A stretch of DNA of 64,000 nucleotides. It comes from Candidatus Poribacteria bacterium (GTDB taxonomy: Bacteria > Poribacteria > WGA-4E > WGA-3G). Below the pieces are notes generated by a model. The model was not told where the DNA came from. It ran no database searches and saw nothing but the letters and a program-made list of their open reading frames with translations. Location: assembly GCA_964291315.2 (NCBI GenBank), contig OZ219753.1, positions 1,312,001-1,376,000 on the forward strand. Reading direction: 5' to 3'. The position numbers were made by a program, and so were the translations under genes. Positions 10,225 through 19,259 of this stretch are shown here, in pieces (the first letter of the stretch is position 1; each line of letters begins with the position of its first letter).

Positions 10225-11141
10225 TCGCTCTCCGAACCGGATTTGATTTCATAACGGATCAACTCAAATTCTTTCTCTTCGGGGGGCTCTAACCCGATTG
10301 CCTCCGCGGCTTCGTCTTGATGGTGTTCCTGTGTAAGCTTAACAATACCAACATTCGGAGCCAACCAGAGCGTTGTAACTGATATGCCCTTTTGTTCTTG
10401 CACTCCCGGCTGTTGTGGAATTTCCGCGGAGAGAGCTGTTTCACTTGATACGTCTGTCCGGTACTCAACCACCAAACACTCCTCGAAAGTACCGGCATCT
10501 GTTTCTACAGTTTCTGTGCCTGTGATCTTCCCGATTTCTACATAATTTGTGTAGGTTGTCGCCGTTTGCGTCGAACCCCCGGGGAATTCTATGCCGCTTC
10601 CGCTGATATTGATAGTCATAGTCACCGTAACATTTGCTTCAAGCGCCGTCCATTCTTCATCAAAAGTACCAGGGGTCGGCAGGAAATAGAAGTAGTCTTG
10701 CGAGGCTACATCGAGCTCATAATCTATGTCAAATGAGATGTCAAACCCTGCGGGGGCCTGTGCCTGCATTTGCTGACGCATGAAGACCAACGCTTCATCC
10801 ATCTGCTCTGTCTGGACCGCCTTAGTCGAGTTTTGCACCTCCTCCCCGACGAAGAACGCCACCCAGTCATCCCCGACTTGATAGTAATACGGATGCATAT
10901 GATGCTCAAAGTCCGCCCAATTCTCTAAACTGGGCTCATAACTGAAGGCCCGATAGGTGTCGCCCTCAATATTTGTTGTTTCTATAGCATACCGCGTCAA
11001 CTCTTCGCCGTTTTGGTCTTCGTAAACCCAGTAACTTCCTAGAGTATCTGGGAAATAGTAATTTGCCCATTCGTTGCTCATTAACGCCCCGCTACAACTG
11101 AAGACGAGTAAAAGTATCAGAATAGACCGAATTTTTCTCAC
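10221..11141 (-). CDS. Secreted acidic hypothetical protein
   Basis: Signal-peptide-like N-terminus; beta-rich C-terminus '[13 protein letters not shown]...[10 protein letters not shown]'; overlaps the hemB start. Confidence 0.75.
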   Translation of the reverse strand: MRKIRSILILLLVFSCSGALMSNEWANYYFPDTLGSYWVYEDQNGEELTRYAIETTNIEGDTYRAFSYEPSLENWADFEHHMHPYYYQVGDDWVAFFVGEEVQNSTKAVQTEQMDEALVFMRQQMQAQAPAGFDISFDIDYELDVASQDYFYFLPTPGTFDEEWTALEANVTVTMTINISGSGIEFPGGSTQTATTYTNYVEIGKITGTETVETDAGTFEECLVVEYRTDVSSETALSAEIPQQPGVQEQKGISVTTLWLAPNVGIVKLTQEHHQDEAAEAIGLEPPEEKEFELIRYEIKSGSESE

Positions 11142-11253
11142 AGTAATATTCCTCCATTTTTTTATTTTTCCAACTCTCTACCTAAATATTATATAGAATT
11201 CTCTTGGAAACCGCAACGGAAACGTAACGCGTTCCGGGCATCCCAAAAAGGGC

Positions 11254-12339
11254 TTAACGTTTCTCGTATTCAAAAGGGAAATAGATAGGGGCCCCCTCAT
11301 TTGCCCATGAACGCGCCATAGCAACATCAATTTCGCGGTCTTTCCGCCCGTTGTATGCGCCATATTCGGGCTCTGTATCGTTGCGAACCGCATTGACGAG
11401 GCTCATTAATTCCGATGCAACGCTGATCTCGCCATCACTGAGCGGATAATTTTGTAACGGGTTCTCCCAAACAACTTTAGGTTTGGTATCCGCCACAAGC
11501 GCAGCCAATGTTTCGTATCCATCAACCCTATTCGTTTTACGAGCAATATGAATTGGACGCTGGGCATCAGCGGTGCCGTTCAAGATGACTGCCTCATTTC
11601 GGAAACACATCCCGCGCTCTGCATAGAATTTTGAACCGTTAAATCCACGGAGGGGAGAGCCATAAGATAGGCTACTAAAATTGAAAATACCAAACGCACC
11701 ATCTTTAAACTCAATTACAGCATGCTGCCAGTCCTCAGTGTTGCGCTCAGGCTGCCCCTGCCGCCAGATGTGATTCTGAACGTTATACTGTCTTCGGAAA
11801 CCGTGAACTTGCACGGGTTCATTTTCGAAACCGAGGTAGCTGCGGATAAGTCCGATACCGTGGTACCCGTGCCCCCGAAAGTCGTTATAAGCCACATTGA
11901 CTCTGCCGAAAACCCCTTCAAGAATCATTTCTCGTTTGATGCGTTCGGTAGGAACACGGTAGTAGTTTTCGTTGACTTCCAACTTCGCGCCGTTGGTTTG
12001 TGCAGACGTAATCATCTTGTCTGCCCATCCCAGATCTGTGTCGATGGGCGTTTCAGTGCAATAACTGACTCCACGTTCGGAGCAGAGGAGGCCGGGAATA
12101 TGATTATTACTAGGCGTAATGACGATTGCACAAATGTCAGGTTTCACACTATCCAACATGTGCTCAGTATCAGTGTAAGCCGGGACATTGTACTTTTCGG
12201 CTTGTTCCGTGGCGCTCTCTTCACGTTGATCGCAAACTGCAACCAATTCAAGATCGTCTGTCAACTTTGAGATAATTGGCAGATAGGTTCCGCTCCCGCG
12301 CCTGCCTGTACCGATATGTGTGATTTTGAGTCTCTCCAC
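11254..12339 (-). CDS. Gfo/Idh/MocA-family oxidoreductase
   Basis: IGTGRRG Rossmann motif, LVAVCD and ETP (EKP-like) motif. Confidence 0.85.
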   Translation of the reverse strand: MERLKITHIGTGRRGSGTYLPIISKLTDDLELVAVCDQREESATEQAEKYNVPAYTDTEHMLDSVKPDICAIVITPSNNHIPGLLCSERGVSYCTETPIDTDLGWADKMITSAQTNGAKLEVNENYYRVPTERIKREMILEGVFGRVNVAYNDFRGHGYHGIGLIRSYLGFENEPVQVHGFRRQYNVQNHIWRQGQPERNTEDWQHAVIEFKDGAFGIFNFSSLSYGSPLRGFNGSKFYAERGMCFRNEAVILNGTADAQRPIHIARKTNRVDGYETLAALVADTKPKVVWENPLQNYPLSDGEISVASELMSLVNAVRNDTEPEYGAYNGRKDREIDVAMARSWANEGAPIYFPFEYEKR

Positions 12340-12379
12340 GCTTCTCTCCTCCGCCTGTGTTGATAGAGCTCTACGGGTG

Positions 12380-12865
12380 TCATTCTACCCAGAAGATATG
12401 GCTACGTTCAAAGAGATCATCCAGATAAATTTCCACGAACCACTCCCCGGTAGTATCCGGTAAGTCTATGTAGAACCAAGTGATTTTATCCCCAGTCGTT
12501 GAGGTGAGCCTCTTTTTTTCGGTCCAGAACGGTGGATCCTCTACGTCCTCATCTGGCGAGAACCACGAAACCTCAACGACGTGTTCTTCTATGATATTAT
12601 CCCACAGAATCCATAAAAACACTTGTTCATTGACATCGGCAGCAAACGTCGTCGTGATACCGTCGGGTCTATCATCAAAGACGCTAATTGCGAGAGCAGA
12701 ATCAACGATGGTTGGTTCATCACGGCCGACATCCATAAAACCGCTGCCACCAGAGGGGGTTTCACTACAACCGCTTAACACAACCGTCAAACATAACAGA
12801 GCGATCCCTAATACGGAATATAGGTTTGTGTGCAGTGTCTTGATAAAAACGCGTATCTGATACAT
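12380..12865 (-). CDS. Putative lipoprotein with an Ig-like C-terminal domain
   Basis: Hydrophobic stretch ending in a LSGC lipobox. The ORF-track start at 12961 lies inside a promoter; ATG 12865 follows an AGGAG RBS. Confidence 0.7.
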   Translation of the reverse strand: MYQIRVFIKTLHTNLYSVLGIALLCLTVVLSGCSETPSGGSGFMDVGRDEPTIVDSALAISVFDDRPDGITTTFAADVNEQVFLWILWDNIIEEHVVEVSWFSPDEDVEDPPFWTEKKRLTSTTGDKITWFYIDLPDTTGEWFVEIYLDDLFERSHIFWVE

Positions 12866-12932
12866 GAGTTTCTCTCCTCTTGCCGGACAAAAGATACCCG
12901 GGCCAATTAATTGGGCATAAATCCTAACCGCT

Positions 12933-12961
12933 ATTATATCAAGTATCAGATTTTTTGTCAA
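12933..12961 (-). promoter_or_regulatory. Consensus sigma70 promoter for the leftward operon
   Basis: Minus strand TTGACA-N17-TATAAT with TGn. Confidence 0.75.
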
Positions 12962-13100
12962 AGAAAATCGTTCGATCCATTCTACCTCAGTTTTCCGTTG
13001 ACATATCCAGCTTCCAATGATAGATTAGGTCTCTATAATCCAGGCGGTAGACTATCAGATTGATACCGCAATAAGAGACAGCATAGTATGGGGAAAAACT

Positions 13101-14534
13101 GTGGAGATCTATAATTTAACCATCATCGGTGGCGGAAGCGCTGGGCTAGTGCTTGCAGTAGCAGGCGCAAAGTTAGGCAAAAAAACCGCCCTCGTAGAAA
13201 AACACCGCATCGGAGGCGATTGCCTCTGGACCGGGTGCGTACCGTCCAAAGCACTTCTCAAAGCAGCGAAAGTCGCAAATTACATCCGAAATGCAGAAAG
13301 ATACGGCGTTGCTGCCATAGACCCTACGACTACTGCCGCCGATTGGCAGCAGGTGATGACGTATATACAAAGCGCACAACACACCATAGAAGAAGAACAC
13401 GATAACCCCGAACGGTTTCGAGAACTAGGCATCGATGTTATCTTCGGAAAAGGGCATTTTGAATCAGATGACACCTTCGTCGTCGAAGACGCAGAGAACG
13501 GCATGACACGTACCCTCAAAAGCAAAAAGTTTGTGATTAGCACCGGCTCTCGCCCACTCGTCCCGCCAATACCCGGATTGAACAGTTGTGAGTATCTCGA
13601 TAGCGAAACAGTTTGGGAATTAGATGAACGCCCGAATCGGATGCTCGTTGTCGGCGCAGGGCCGATCGGTGTCGAACTTGGACAAGCTTTTCATCGCCTC
13701 GGCGCTGATGTAACAATAGCACAACGCAGCAGCCGCATCTTGACAAAGGAGGACGCGGAGGTCTCTGAACAGATGCTACGCTACCTTCGAGCAGACGGCC
13801 TCACTATCCGACTCAACACAAATATAACGGAGGTTAGGCAAAACGGAGAAGGCACAAAGGTGATGCTCACCAGTCCGGAGGAAGGCAGTGTAGAACAGAC
13901 ATTCGATAAAATTCTAATCGCTGCAGGACGTGCACCAAACGTTGAGGACTTAGAACTTGACAGAATCGGCGTACGGTTAGGCAAACGCGGGATAGAAGTG
14001 AATAGTAGACTGCAGACGAGCGTTAAAAATATCTATGCCGCCGGTGATGTAATTGGACACTATTTGTTCACGCATGTTGCAGCGTTCCAAGCACAACTAC
14101 TCCTCCGAAACATCTTCTTTCCGTTCGCCAGAGCGATTAACTATGCAGTTGTACCCTGGACGACTTTCTCTGATCCAGAAGTGGCCCGCTGTGGTTTAAC
14201 AGAGGCAGAAGCACGTGAGAAACATGGCGACATCGACGTTTTTACGCTCAACCAAGCAGACGTTGACAGAGCCGTCGCTGAAGGGGAAACACAAGGCTTC
14301 ACGAAGGTGATCGCGAGTCGCTGGCGCGGAAAGATATTAGGGGTTCATATTGTCGGCACCAATGCCGGCGAGGTTATCCACGAGTACGTTTTGGCGATGC
14401 AAACAGGAACCACTTTGAGAAAATTAAGTCGTATGATCCACGTCTACCCCACATTTTCTAGCAGCGCGTGGCGTATCGCAGGCAAATGGTTCTCCGAAGG
14501 AACGTTGATTCAAACGCTGCGAAAATTGTTCTAA
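13101..14534 (+). CDS. Pyridine nucleotide-disulfide oxidoreductase (mercuric reductase/dihydrolipoamide dehydrogenase-like)
   Basis: GGGSAG, redox pair GGDCLWTGCVPSK, GAGPIG and AAGD motifs. No C-terminal Cys-Cys, so not a true MerA. Confidence 0.85.
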   Translation: MEIYNLTIIGGGSAGLVLAVAGAKLGKKTALVEKHRIGGDCLWTGCVPSKALLKAAKVANYIRNAERYGVAAIDPTTTAADWQQVMTYIQSAQHTIEEEHDNPERFRELGIDVIFGKGHFESDDTFVVEDAENGMTRTLKSKKFVISTGSRPLVPPIPGLNSCEYLDSETVWELDERPNRMLVVGAGPIGVELGQAFHRLGADVTIAQRSSRILTKEDAEVSEQMLRYLRADGLTIRLNTNITEVRQNGEGTKVMLTSPEEGSVEQTFDKILIAAGRAPNVEDLELDRIGVRLGKRGIEVNSRLQTSVKNIYAAGDVIGHYLFTHVAAFQAQLLLRNIFFPFARAINYAVVPWTTFSDPEVARCGLTEAEAREKHGDIDVFTLNQADVDRAVAEGETQGFTKVIASRWRGKILGVHIVGTNAGEVIHEYVLAMQTGTTLRKLSRMIHVYPTFSSSAWRIAGKWFSEGTLIQTLRKLF

Positions 14535-14570
14535 TCGGATTAAGTGGTCACTATTCATTATCCATCAAAG

Positions 14571-14698
14571 AAAAAAAGCCGGAAACCATGTTCCCCGTTA
14601 GTTCAAAACGGCTCAGAGTCCTAACCTAACTCACGCAACAGAGGTTTGACAGCTGCACCTTTTAGGAATATGGCTCCAGCTTGCCTAAGGAGGCTCAC
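14571..14698 (-). ncRNA. Candidate sigma54-dependent structured small RNA (~128 nt)
   Basis: Sigma54 promoter directly upstream; long 5'/3' closing stem with G-U pairs that favour the minus strand; three internal arms; U7 tail; no ORF in the track. Confidence 0.65.
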
Positions 14699-14708
14699 GG
14701 AAAAATAA

Positions 14709-14724
14709 AGCAAATGTCGTGCCA
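14709..14724 (-). promoter_or_regulatory. Sigma54 (-24/-12) promoter
   Basis: Minus strand TGGCACGACATTTGCT matches TGGCACG-N4-TTGCW exactly. Confidence 0.8.
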
Positions 14725-14772
14725 CCCCAAAATAACTATTTTGAGCGATTTACCGGATAAAAGTGCCTGTTT

Positions 14773-14791
14773 TTCGAACAAGTTCGAACAA
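14773..14791. promoter_or_regulatory. Candidate upstream activator site for a sigma54 enhancer-binding protein
   Basis: Palindrome TTCGAAC-AA-GTTCGAA, also a TTCGAACAA direct repeat with 10-bp period, 75-93 bp upstream of the predicted TSS. Confidence 0.4.
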
Positions 14792-14821
14792 ATATGACTA
14801 AAAAATAGGCAGCTGTCTGCT

Positions 14822-16279
14822 TTAACCCTTCACAACCCCGACAGGGCGGAGGCGCGCTACACGACGCGAGAGACCGGCTTCGTCAACAACGCGAACCACT
14901 TCATCGACATCCTTGTATGCTTCTGGGACTTCTTCCTGAAGCGTGCGCCTGCCTTCAGCGCGCACATAGATACCTTGCGCCTCCAAATCCTTCTGAATGG
15001 AACGACCCTTTGTCAACGCGATCGCCTTTCGCCGGGAGAGAACTCTGCCCGCACCGTGACAGGTTGTCCCCCACGTCTCTGCCATCGCGCCGGGCTTACC
15101 GACAAGCACATAAGAGGCAGTGCCCATATCGCCAGGAATCAGAACAGGTTGTCCAATTTTCTGGTATTTTTCGGGTATCTCTGGATGCCCCGCCGGAAAT
15201 GCACGCGTTGCCCCTTTGCGATGGATAAATAACTCCCGTTCTTCTCCATCTACCGTGTGTTTTTCAAACTTCCCAATATTGTGGGCTACATCGTAGACCA
15301 GCTCTAAACCGAGCTCATCCGCTGTCGTTCCGAAAAACTGCATGAAGGTCTGGCGCACAAGGTGCATGATGCACTGCCGATTGTTCCATGCATAGTTCGC
15401 ACCACACGCCATCGCAGCGATGTAGTCTTGTCCCTCAGGTGAATTGATTGGCGCTGAGGCAAGCTGCCGGTCGGGGAGAGTGATGCCGTATCTTTCAGCA
15501 ACTTTAATCCAGCTTTTAACGTGTTCATCGCAAACCTGGTAACCGAAGCCACGCGAACCGGTATGAATCATCACACAGATGCTGCCCTCGCTGAGCCCCA
15601 TCGCGTTAGCAGCTTCTCGGTAAAAAACGCGATCCACCGCTTGCACTTCAAGAAAGTGGTTACCCGACCCGAGCGTTCCGAGCTGATTCTTACCACGTTC
15701 TAAGGCGCGCCGGCTCGCAGCAGCGGCATCGGCGTGGTCTAGAAAACCTGTCGCCTCGGTAAAGTCGAGGTCACCGGCGTGTCCGTATTCACGCTCGATC
15801 GCCCACAGCGCACCTTTCTCTAACATCTGTCGTTCTTCTTGAAGGGTGAGCCGAATGTTGCCGCTTGAACCCACACCACACGGGATATTCTCAAACAGCT
15901 TGCCGACGAGTTCCCCGCGCTTCCCTTCAAGCTGCGAAACATCAAGATTCGTTCGAATGAGTCGAACCCCGCAGTTGATGTCATACCCAATCCCGCCCGG
16001 AGAGACCACACCATCCGCTTGAGGATCTGTGGCAGCGACACCGCCGATAACGAACCCGTAACCCCAGTGCAAATCTGGCATCGCAAGCGAATGCTTGACA
16101 ATACCCGGGAGATGCGCAACGTTCGCAACCTGCTGCAACGCCTCGTCACTTTTTGCATGCTCAAGAAGCTTCTCGTTCGCATAGACAATACCATCAACCC
16201 GCATGCCCTTCATGTAGCTCTTCGGGATACGCCAACGGTATTCGTCCAGCTTTTGGAGTGTTATGTTTTGTTGTGTCAT
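14822..16279 (-). CDS. rtcB: RtcB RNA 3'-phosphate/5'-OH ligase (archaeal/eukaryote-like long form)
   Basis: MPDLHWGYGF, GYDINCG, GTLGSGNHFLE, YDVAHN, HRKGATR and TCHGAGR motifs. Confidence 0.96.
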   Translation of the reverse strand: MTQQNITLQKLDEYRWRIPKSYMKGMRVDGIVYANEKLLEHAKSDEALQQVANVAHLPGIVKHSLAMPDLHWGYGFVIGGVAATDPQADGVVSPGGIGYDINCGVRLIRTNLDVSQLEGKRGELVGKLFENIPCGVGSSGNIRLTLQEERQMLEKGALWAIEREYGHAGDLDFTEATGFLDHADAAAASRRALERGKNQLGTLGSGNHFLEVQAVDRVFYREAANAMGLSEGSICVMIHTGSRGFGYQVCDEHVKSWIKVAERYGITLPDRQLASAPINSPEGQDYIAAMACGANYAWNNRQCIMHLVRQTFMQFFGTTADELGLELVYDVAHNIGKFEKHTVDGEERELFIHRKGATRAFPAGHPEIPEKYQKIGQPVLIPGDMGTASYVLVGKPGAMAETWGTTCHGAGRVLSRRKAIALTKGRSIQKDLEAQGIYVRAEGRRTLQEEVPEAYKDVDEVVRVVDEAGLSRRVARLRPVGVVKG

Positions 16280-16386
16280 ACCGCTATTATACAATATTTC
16301 TCACTATTAAGGTAACACATTCGCGTGAATAGCAGAATTACCTAGAAACAAATCAGTATTCAGTATAGCGAGGCGGATAAAAAAAC

Positions 16387-16416
16387 TTGACACCGGCTGT
16401 CCATATTTCCTACAAT
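16387..16416 (+). promoter_or_regulatory. Sigma70-type promoter upstream of the methyltransferase gene
   Basis: TTGACA-N18-TACAAT. Confidence 0.5.
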
Positions 16417-16570
16417 TGACAGACAGCTGATGCTAACTAAAAAATGGATACCCTAACTTGGATTAAAAGTATAACAAGGATCCTTAATTTTTGCGAAGAA
16501 ATTTGAGACGACGCTTTAAATAGGACAATAGCTTTCACATTTGCTACAGATGCCCGGGACCTAAAAACAG

Positions 16571-18003
16571 ATGACTCTATCGAATAGGACATTAATACGC
16601 GGCGATAATCTACAGGCAATGCGGGAGTTCTCCGATATTTGTATCGACTTGATCGCTACCGACCCGCCCTTCAACTCCAAACGAGACTACTTCTTGCCAT
16701 ACAGAGCCGAGAAAGGTCAAAAATCTGATGCCCTCGTCAAAGCGTTTTCAGATACATGGACATGGGGATCGGAAGCAGAGAGCACCTATCAAGAACTACT
16801 CATCGATGCCGAGGAACAGGTCAGCAGCACGATTCAAGGCCTACGCCAATGCCTCAACGAAATACCTATGATGGCATACCTAGTTATGATGACGGTACGC
16901 ATTGTAGAAATGCATCGCATTCTCAAGGAAACCGGCAGTCTTTACCTGCATTGTGATCCTACGGCAAGCCACTACCTCAAAATCATACTCGATGCCGTGT
17001 TCGGTACACAGAATTTTAAAAATGAAATTGTGTGGCATTACAAACGGTGGACAGCCGCTTCTAGACATTTTCAAAAAATGCACGATGTGATCTTCTGGTA
17101 TTCTAAAACGGACGCTCATACCTTTACACAACCGCTGCAACCTTTTTCTGATGAATCATATATCGAAAACACAGTGCGCGGTTTTGTCGACGGTAAACTG
17201 GTCCGATTAAAGCACAAAGACGGCAACTACGTCTTGCGCAAAACCCAAAAAGAGGGGTCTTGATGCACGATGTCTGGCATGACATCAACTTTATCCCGCC
17301 CTCAAGCACGGAACGGGCAGGCTACCCTACACAGAAACCTGTCGAACTTTACAAACGCATTATACAAGCGTCCTCAAATGCGGGTGATCGGGTCTTAGAC
17401 CCATTTACAGGTTGCGGGACAACGGCCATCGCAGCAGAAAGCTTGAATCGTCAATGGATAGGTATAGACCGCACCTACCTTGCCGTCGGGACTGTCGCCC
17501 AACAAATAGAGAAATACTTTCCGCACCTCCGTGACGACATCACTATTACCGGAACACCTGAAAACGCCCCTCAAGCGTTAGACCTAGCACACAGAAACCC
17601 ACAAGACTTCGCGGAATGGATTGTCACGCACGTATTGAAATTTAAATCGAATGCTAAGAAAGGTGGCGATGGCGGTATAGACGGTATCCTAAGATTCCCA
17701 ATCGGTAAAGTCAACGGGAGACGAGCGTTCGGGAAAGCGGTGGCACAAGTCAAGGGCGGTCAATACACGCTTGGAGATCTCCGCGATTTTAGAACAGCTA
17801 TGCGAAATCAAGAAGCTGAATTAGGAGTCTTTGTCGCTACAACACCGCCCACGCGCGGCATGAAACAGGAAATCGCACGCGCAGGACGCTATAAGCATCC
17901 TAAATATAAAATGGAAATACCGAGCTTGCAACACTATCAGATACAAGACTATTTCACCGGTAAACTGCCGCAATTGCCTCACGCTGAGAGGAACCTCTTA
18001 TAG
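16571..18003 (+). pseudogene. N4/N6 DNA methyltransferase fused to an Mrr-like endonuclease domain, frameshifted (ORFs 16571-17263 and 17260-18003)
   Basis: DPPF (motif IV) in part 1; YPTQKP, DPFTGCGTT (motif I) and GGDGGIDG...AQVKGG in part 2. One extra G at 17254-17257 restores ...KEGVLMHDVW. Confidence 0.8.
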
Positions 18004-18201
18004 AAGATGTGTGGAAGATGTGCAGCGGAACCCTAAGACGGGATCAGTCGGAAAACCTTATCATTTTTTCTATACCGCCGATGCGTCCATTTACAACGTA
18101 CGGACACCTCTGGCGGATATTTTTTTTACCTATAACGTGAGTTTGAAAAAAGAGTGAGCAGGCCCTTTTGTAGCAGAACGGTTTCGGTTCCTCTGCGAGG
18201 G

Positions 18202-18217
18202 GCTTGTAGCATAGACT
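18202..18217 (+). repeat. GTAG-type REP-like repeat, copy 1
   Basis: GCTTGTAGCATAGACT is identical to 28855-28870; its 14-bp core is inverted at 55746-55759. Confidence 0.55.
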
Positions 18218-18329
18218 GTCAGTTTCCTGTACCTCTTCGGCGCTTCTCACACCACCTGTTAGGCTGTGCAAGTACTCTCACTATCCACAGCTGATCTCAG
18301 CAATTATCAAGCCAGCGTTACGTATATGA

Positions 18330-19142
18330 TTAATTGTCGGCTTTTAGGCGTTTTATTTCAGCCAATGCGTCTGCGAGCTCTGCGTCTGCAGCGGCTGCGC
18401 GTGCATCGGCTTGTTGTCGTGCGTCTGCCTCTGTGGCTGCCCTGGCATCGGCCTCTGCGGCCCGTGCATCAGCCTCTTGTCGTGCTTTTGCCTCTGCTTG
18501 TGCTCGTGCATCAGCCTCTTGTCGTGCCTTTGCCTCTGCGGCTGCGCGTGCATCGGCGTGTCTAACCCGTCTCTCCAAAGGCTCTAGCCACGCTGAACGA
18601 ACAGGATCATACAACCCGAGAGCCCCATCACGCTCGCCTAACTCTAAACCCAGCACAACCGACGGCAGACGACCGTTCACGAAGCCTATCTCCTCATACA
18701 CGCCATCAACAAGACGATACCCGAGAAAAGAAGGCGACACCTCGCCATAAGGATCGTAAATATAATACTCGCGCACCCCAAGCACCGACGCATACAACTC
18801 ACGCTTAGCAGTCAAGTCCTGCCGATAGGTGCTGCGACTCGCTAACTCTAAGATAAAATCAGGCGCCTGCCCCTCTTCCCAGACCCGATAGGTGCGCCGC
18901 TGCTTTTTACTCACCCCGAAGACAACAAACACATCTGGCGACACCGATTTCCTCGGGTTCCCCTCCTTATAATACATCATGAGATTGCCAGAGACATATG
19001 CGTCGTTGACATCTTGGAAGTGGTGCTCCAGCATCTGAATGCAGTCGATCATAAGTTTTCTGTGTTTGTCGGTTTCTGCCATAGGTTTATCGTCCGATTC
19101 GGGATAGACGAGCGTTGGAGCGGCTTTTATTTTGCTACACAT
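18330..19142 (-). CDS. Uma2/DUF820 PD-(D/E)XK-family endonuclease with coiled-coil tail (copy 1, 8 heptads)
   Basis: [31 protein letters not shown] and K..LYA..LGVREY motifs; ADARA repeats. Confidence 0.9.
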   Translation of the reverse strand: MCSKIKAAPTLVYPESDDKPMAETDKHRKLMIDCIQMLEHHFQDVNDAYVSGNLMMYYKEGNPRKSVSPDVFVVFGVSKKQRRTYRVWEEGQAPDFILELASRSTYRQDLTAKRELYASVLGVREYYIYDPYGEVSPSFLGYRLVDGVYEEIGFVNGRLPSVVLGLELGERDGALGLYDPVRSAWLEPLERRVRHADARAAAEAKARQEADARAQAEAKARQEADARAAEADARAATEADARQQADARAAAADAELADALAEIKRLKADN

Positions 19143-19187
19143 AGGTCTGCCTCCTGCCTCTACTATCGTAATAAACTTATAGAATAA

Positions 19188-19216
19188 AGTATATCAGCAA
19201 AAGCTGGATATATCAA
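19188..19216 (-). promoter_or_regulatory. Sigma70 promoter repeated upstream of Uma2 copies 1, 2, 3 and 5
   Basis: Minus strand TTGATA-N17-TATACT with TGn. The spacer is itself a hairpin (ATATC-C-AGC-TTTT-GCT-GATAT). GGAGG RBS downstream. Confidence 0.7.
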
Positions 19217-19259
19217 GTGGCTGATCTCAATAATTATCAAGGTTGCGTTGGGTATATGA

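Noticed and set aside
13101-14534. merA mercury resistance gene
   Set aside because: It lacks the C-terminal Cys-Cys pair, the NmerA domain and neighbouring mer genes.
14571-14698. Genuine tRNA gene
   Set aside because: No TTCRA T-loop, no GG D-loop, no CCA end and an over-long closing stem.
14775-14786. Gram-positive LexA (Cheo) box
   Set aside because: The CGAAC/GTTCG half-sites are 2 nt apart rather than 4.
18012-18027. TGGAAGATGTG(C/T)AGCG shared with the STAS leaders (29021)
   Set aside because: A single 15/16 match with no positional logic; could be chance.
18060-18094. DGR template/variable repeat pair or CRISPR spacer
   Set aside because: The two mismatches are not adenine-specific on one strand, there is no reverse transcriptase in the window, and there are no flanking repeats.
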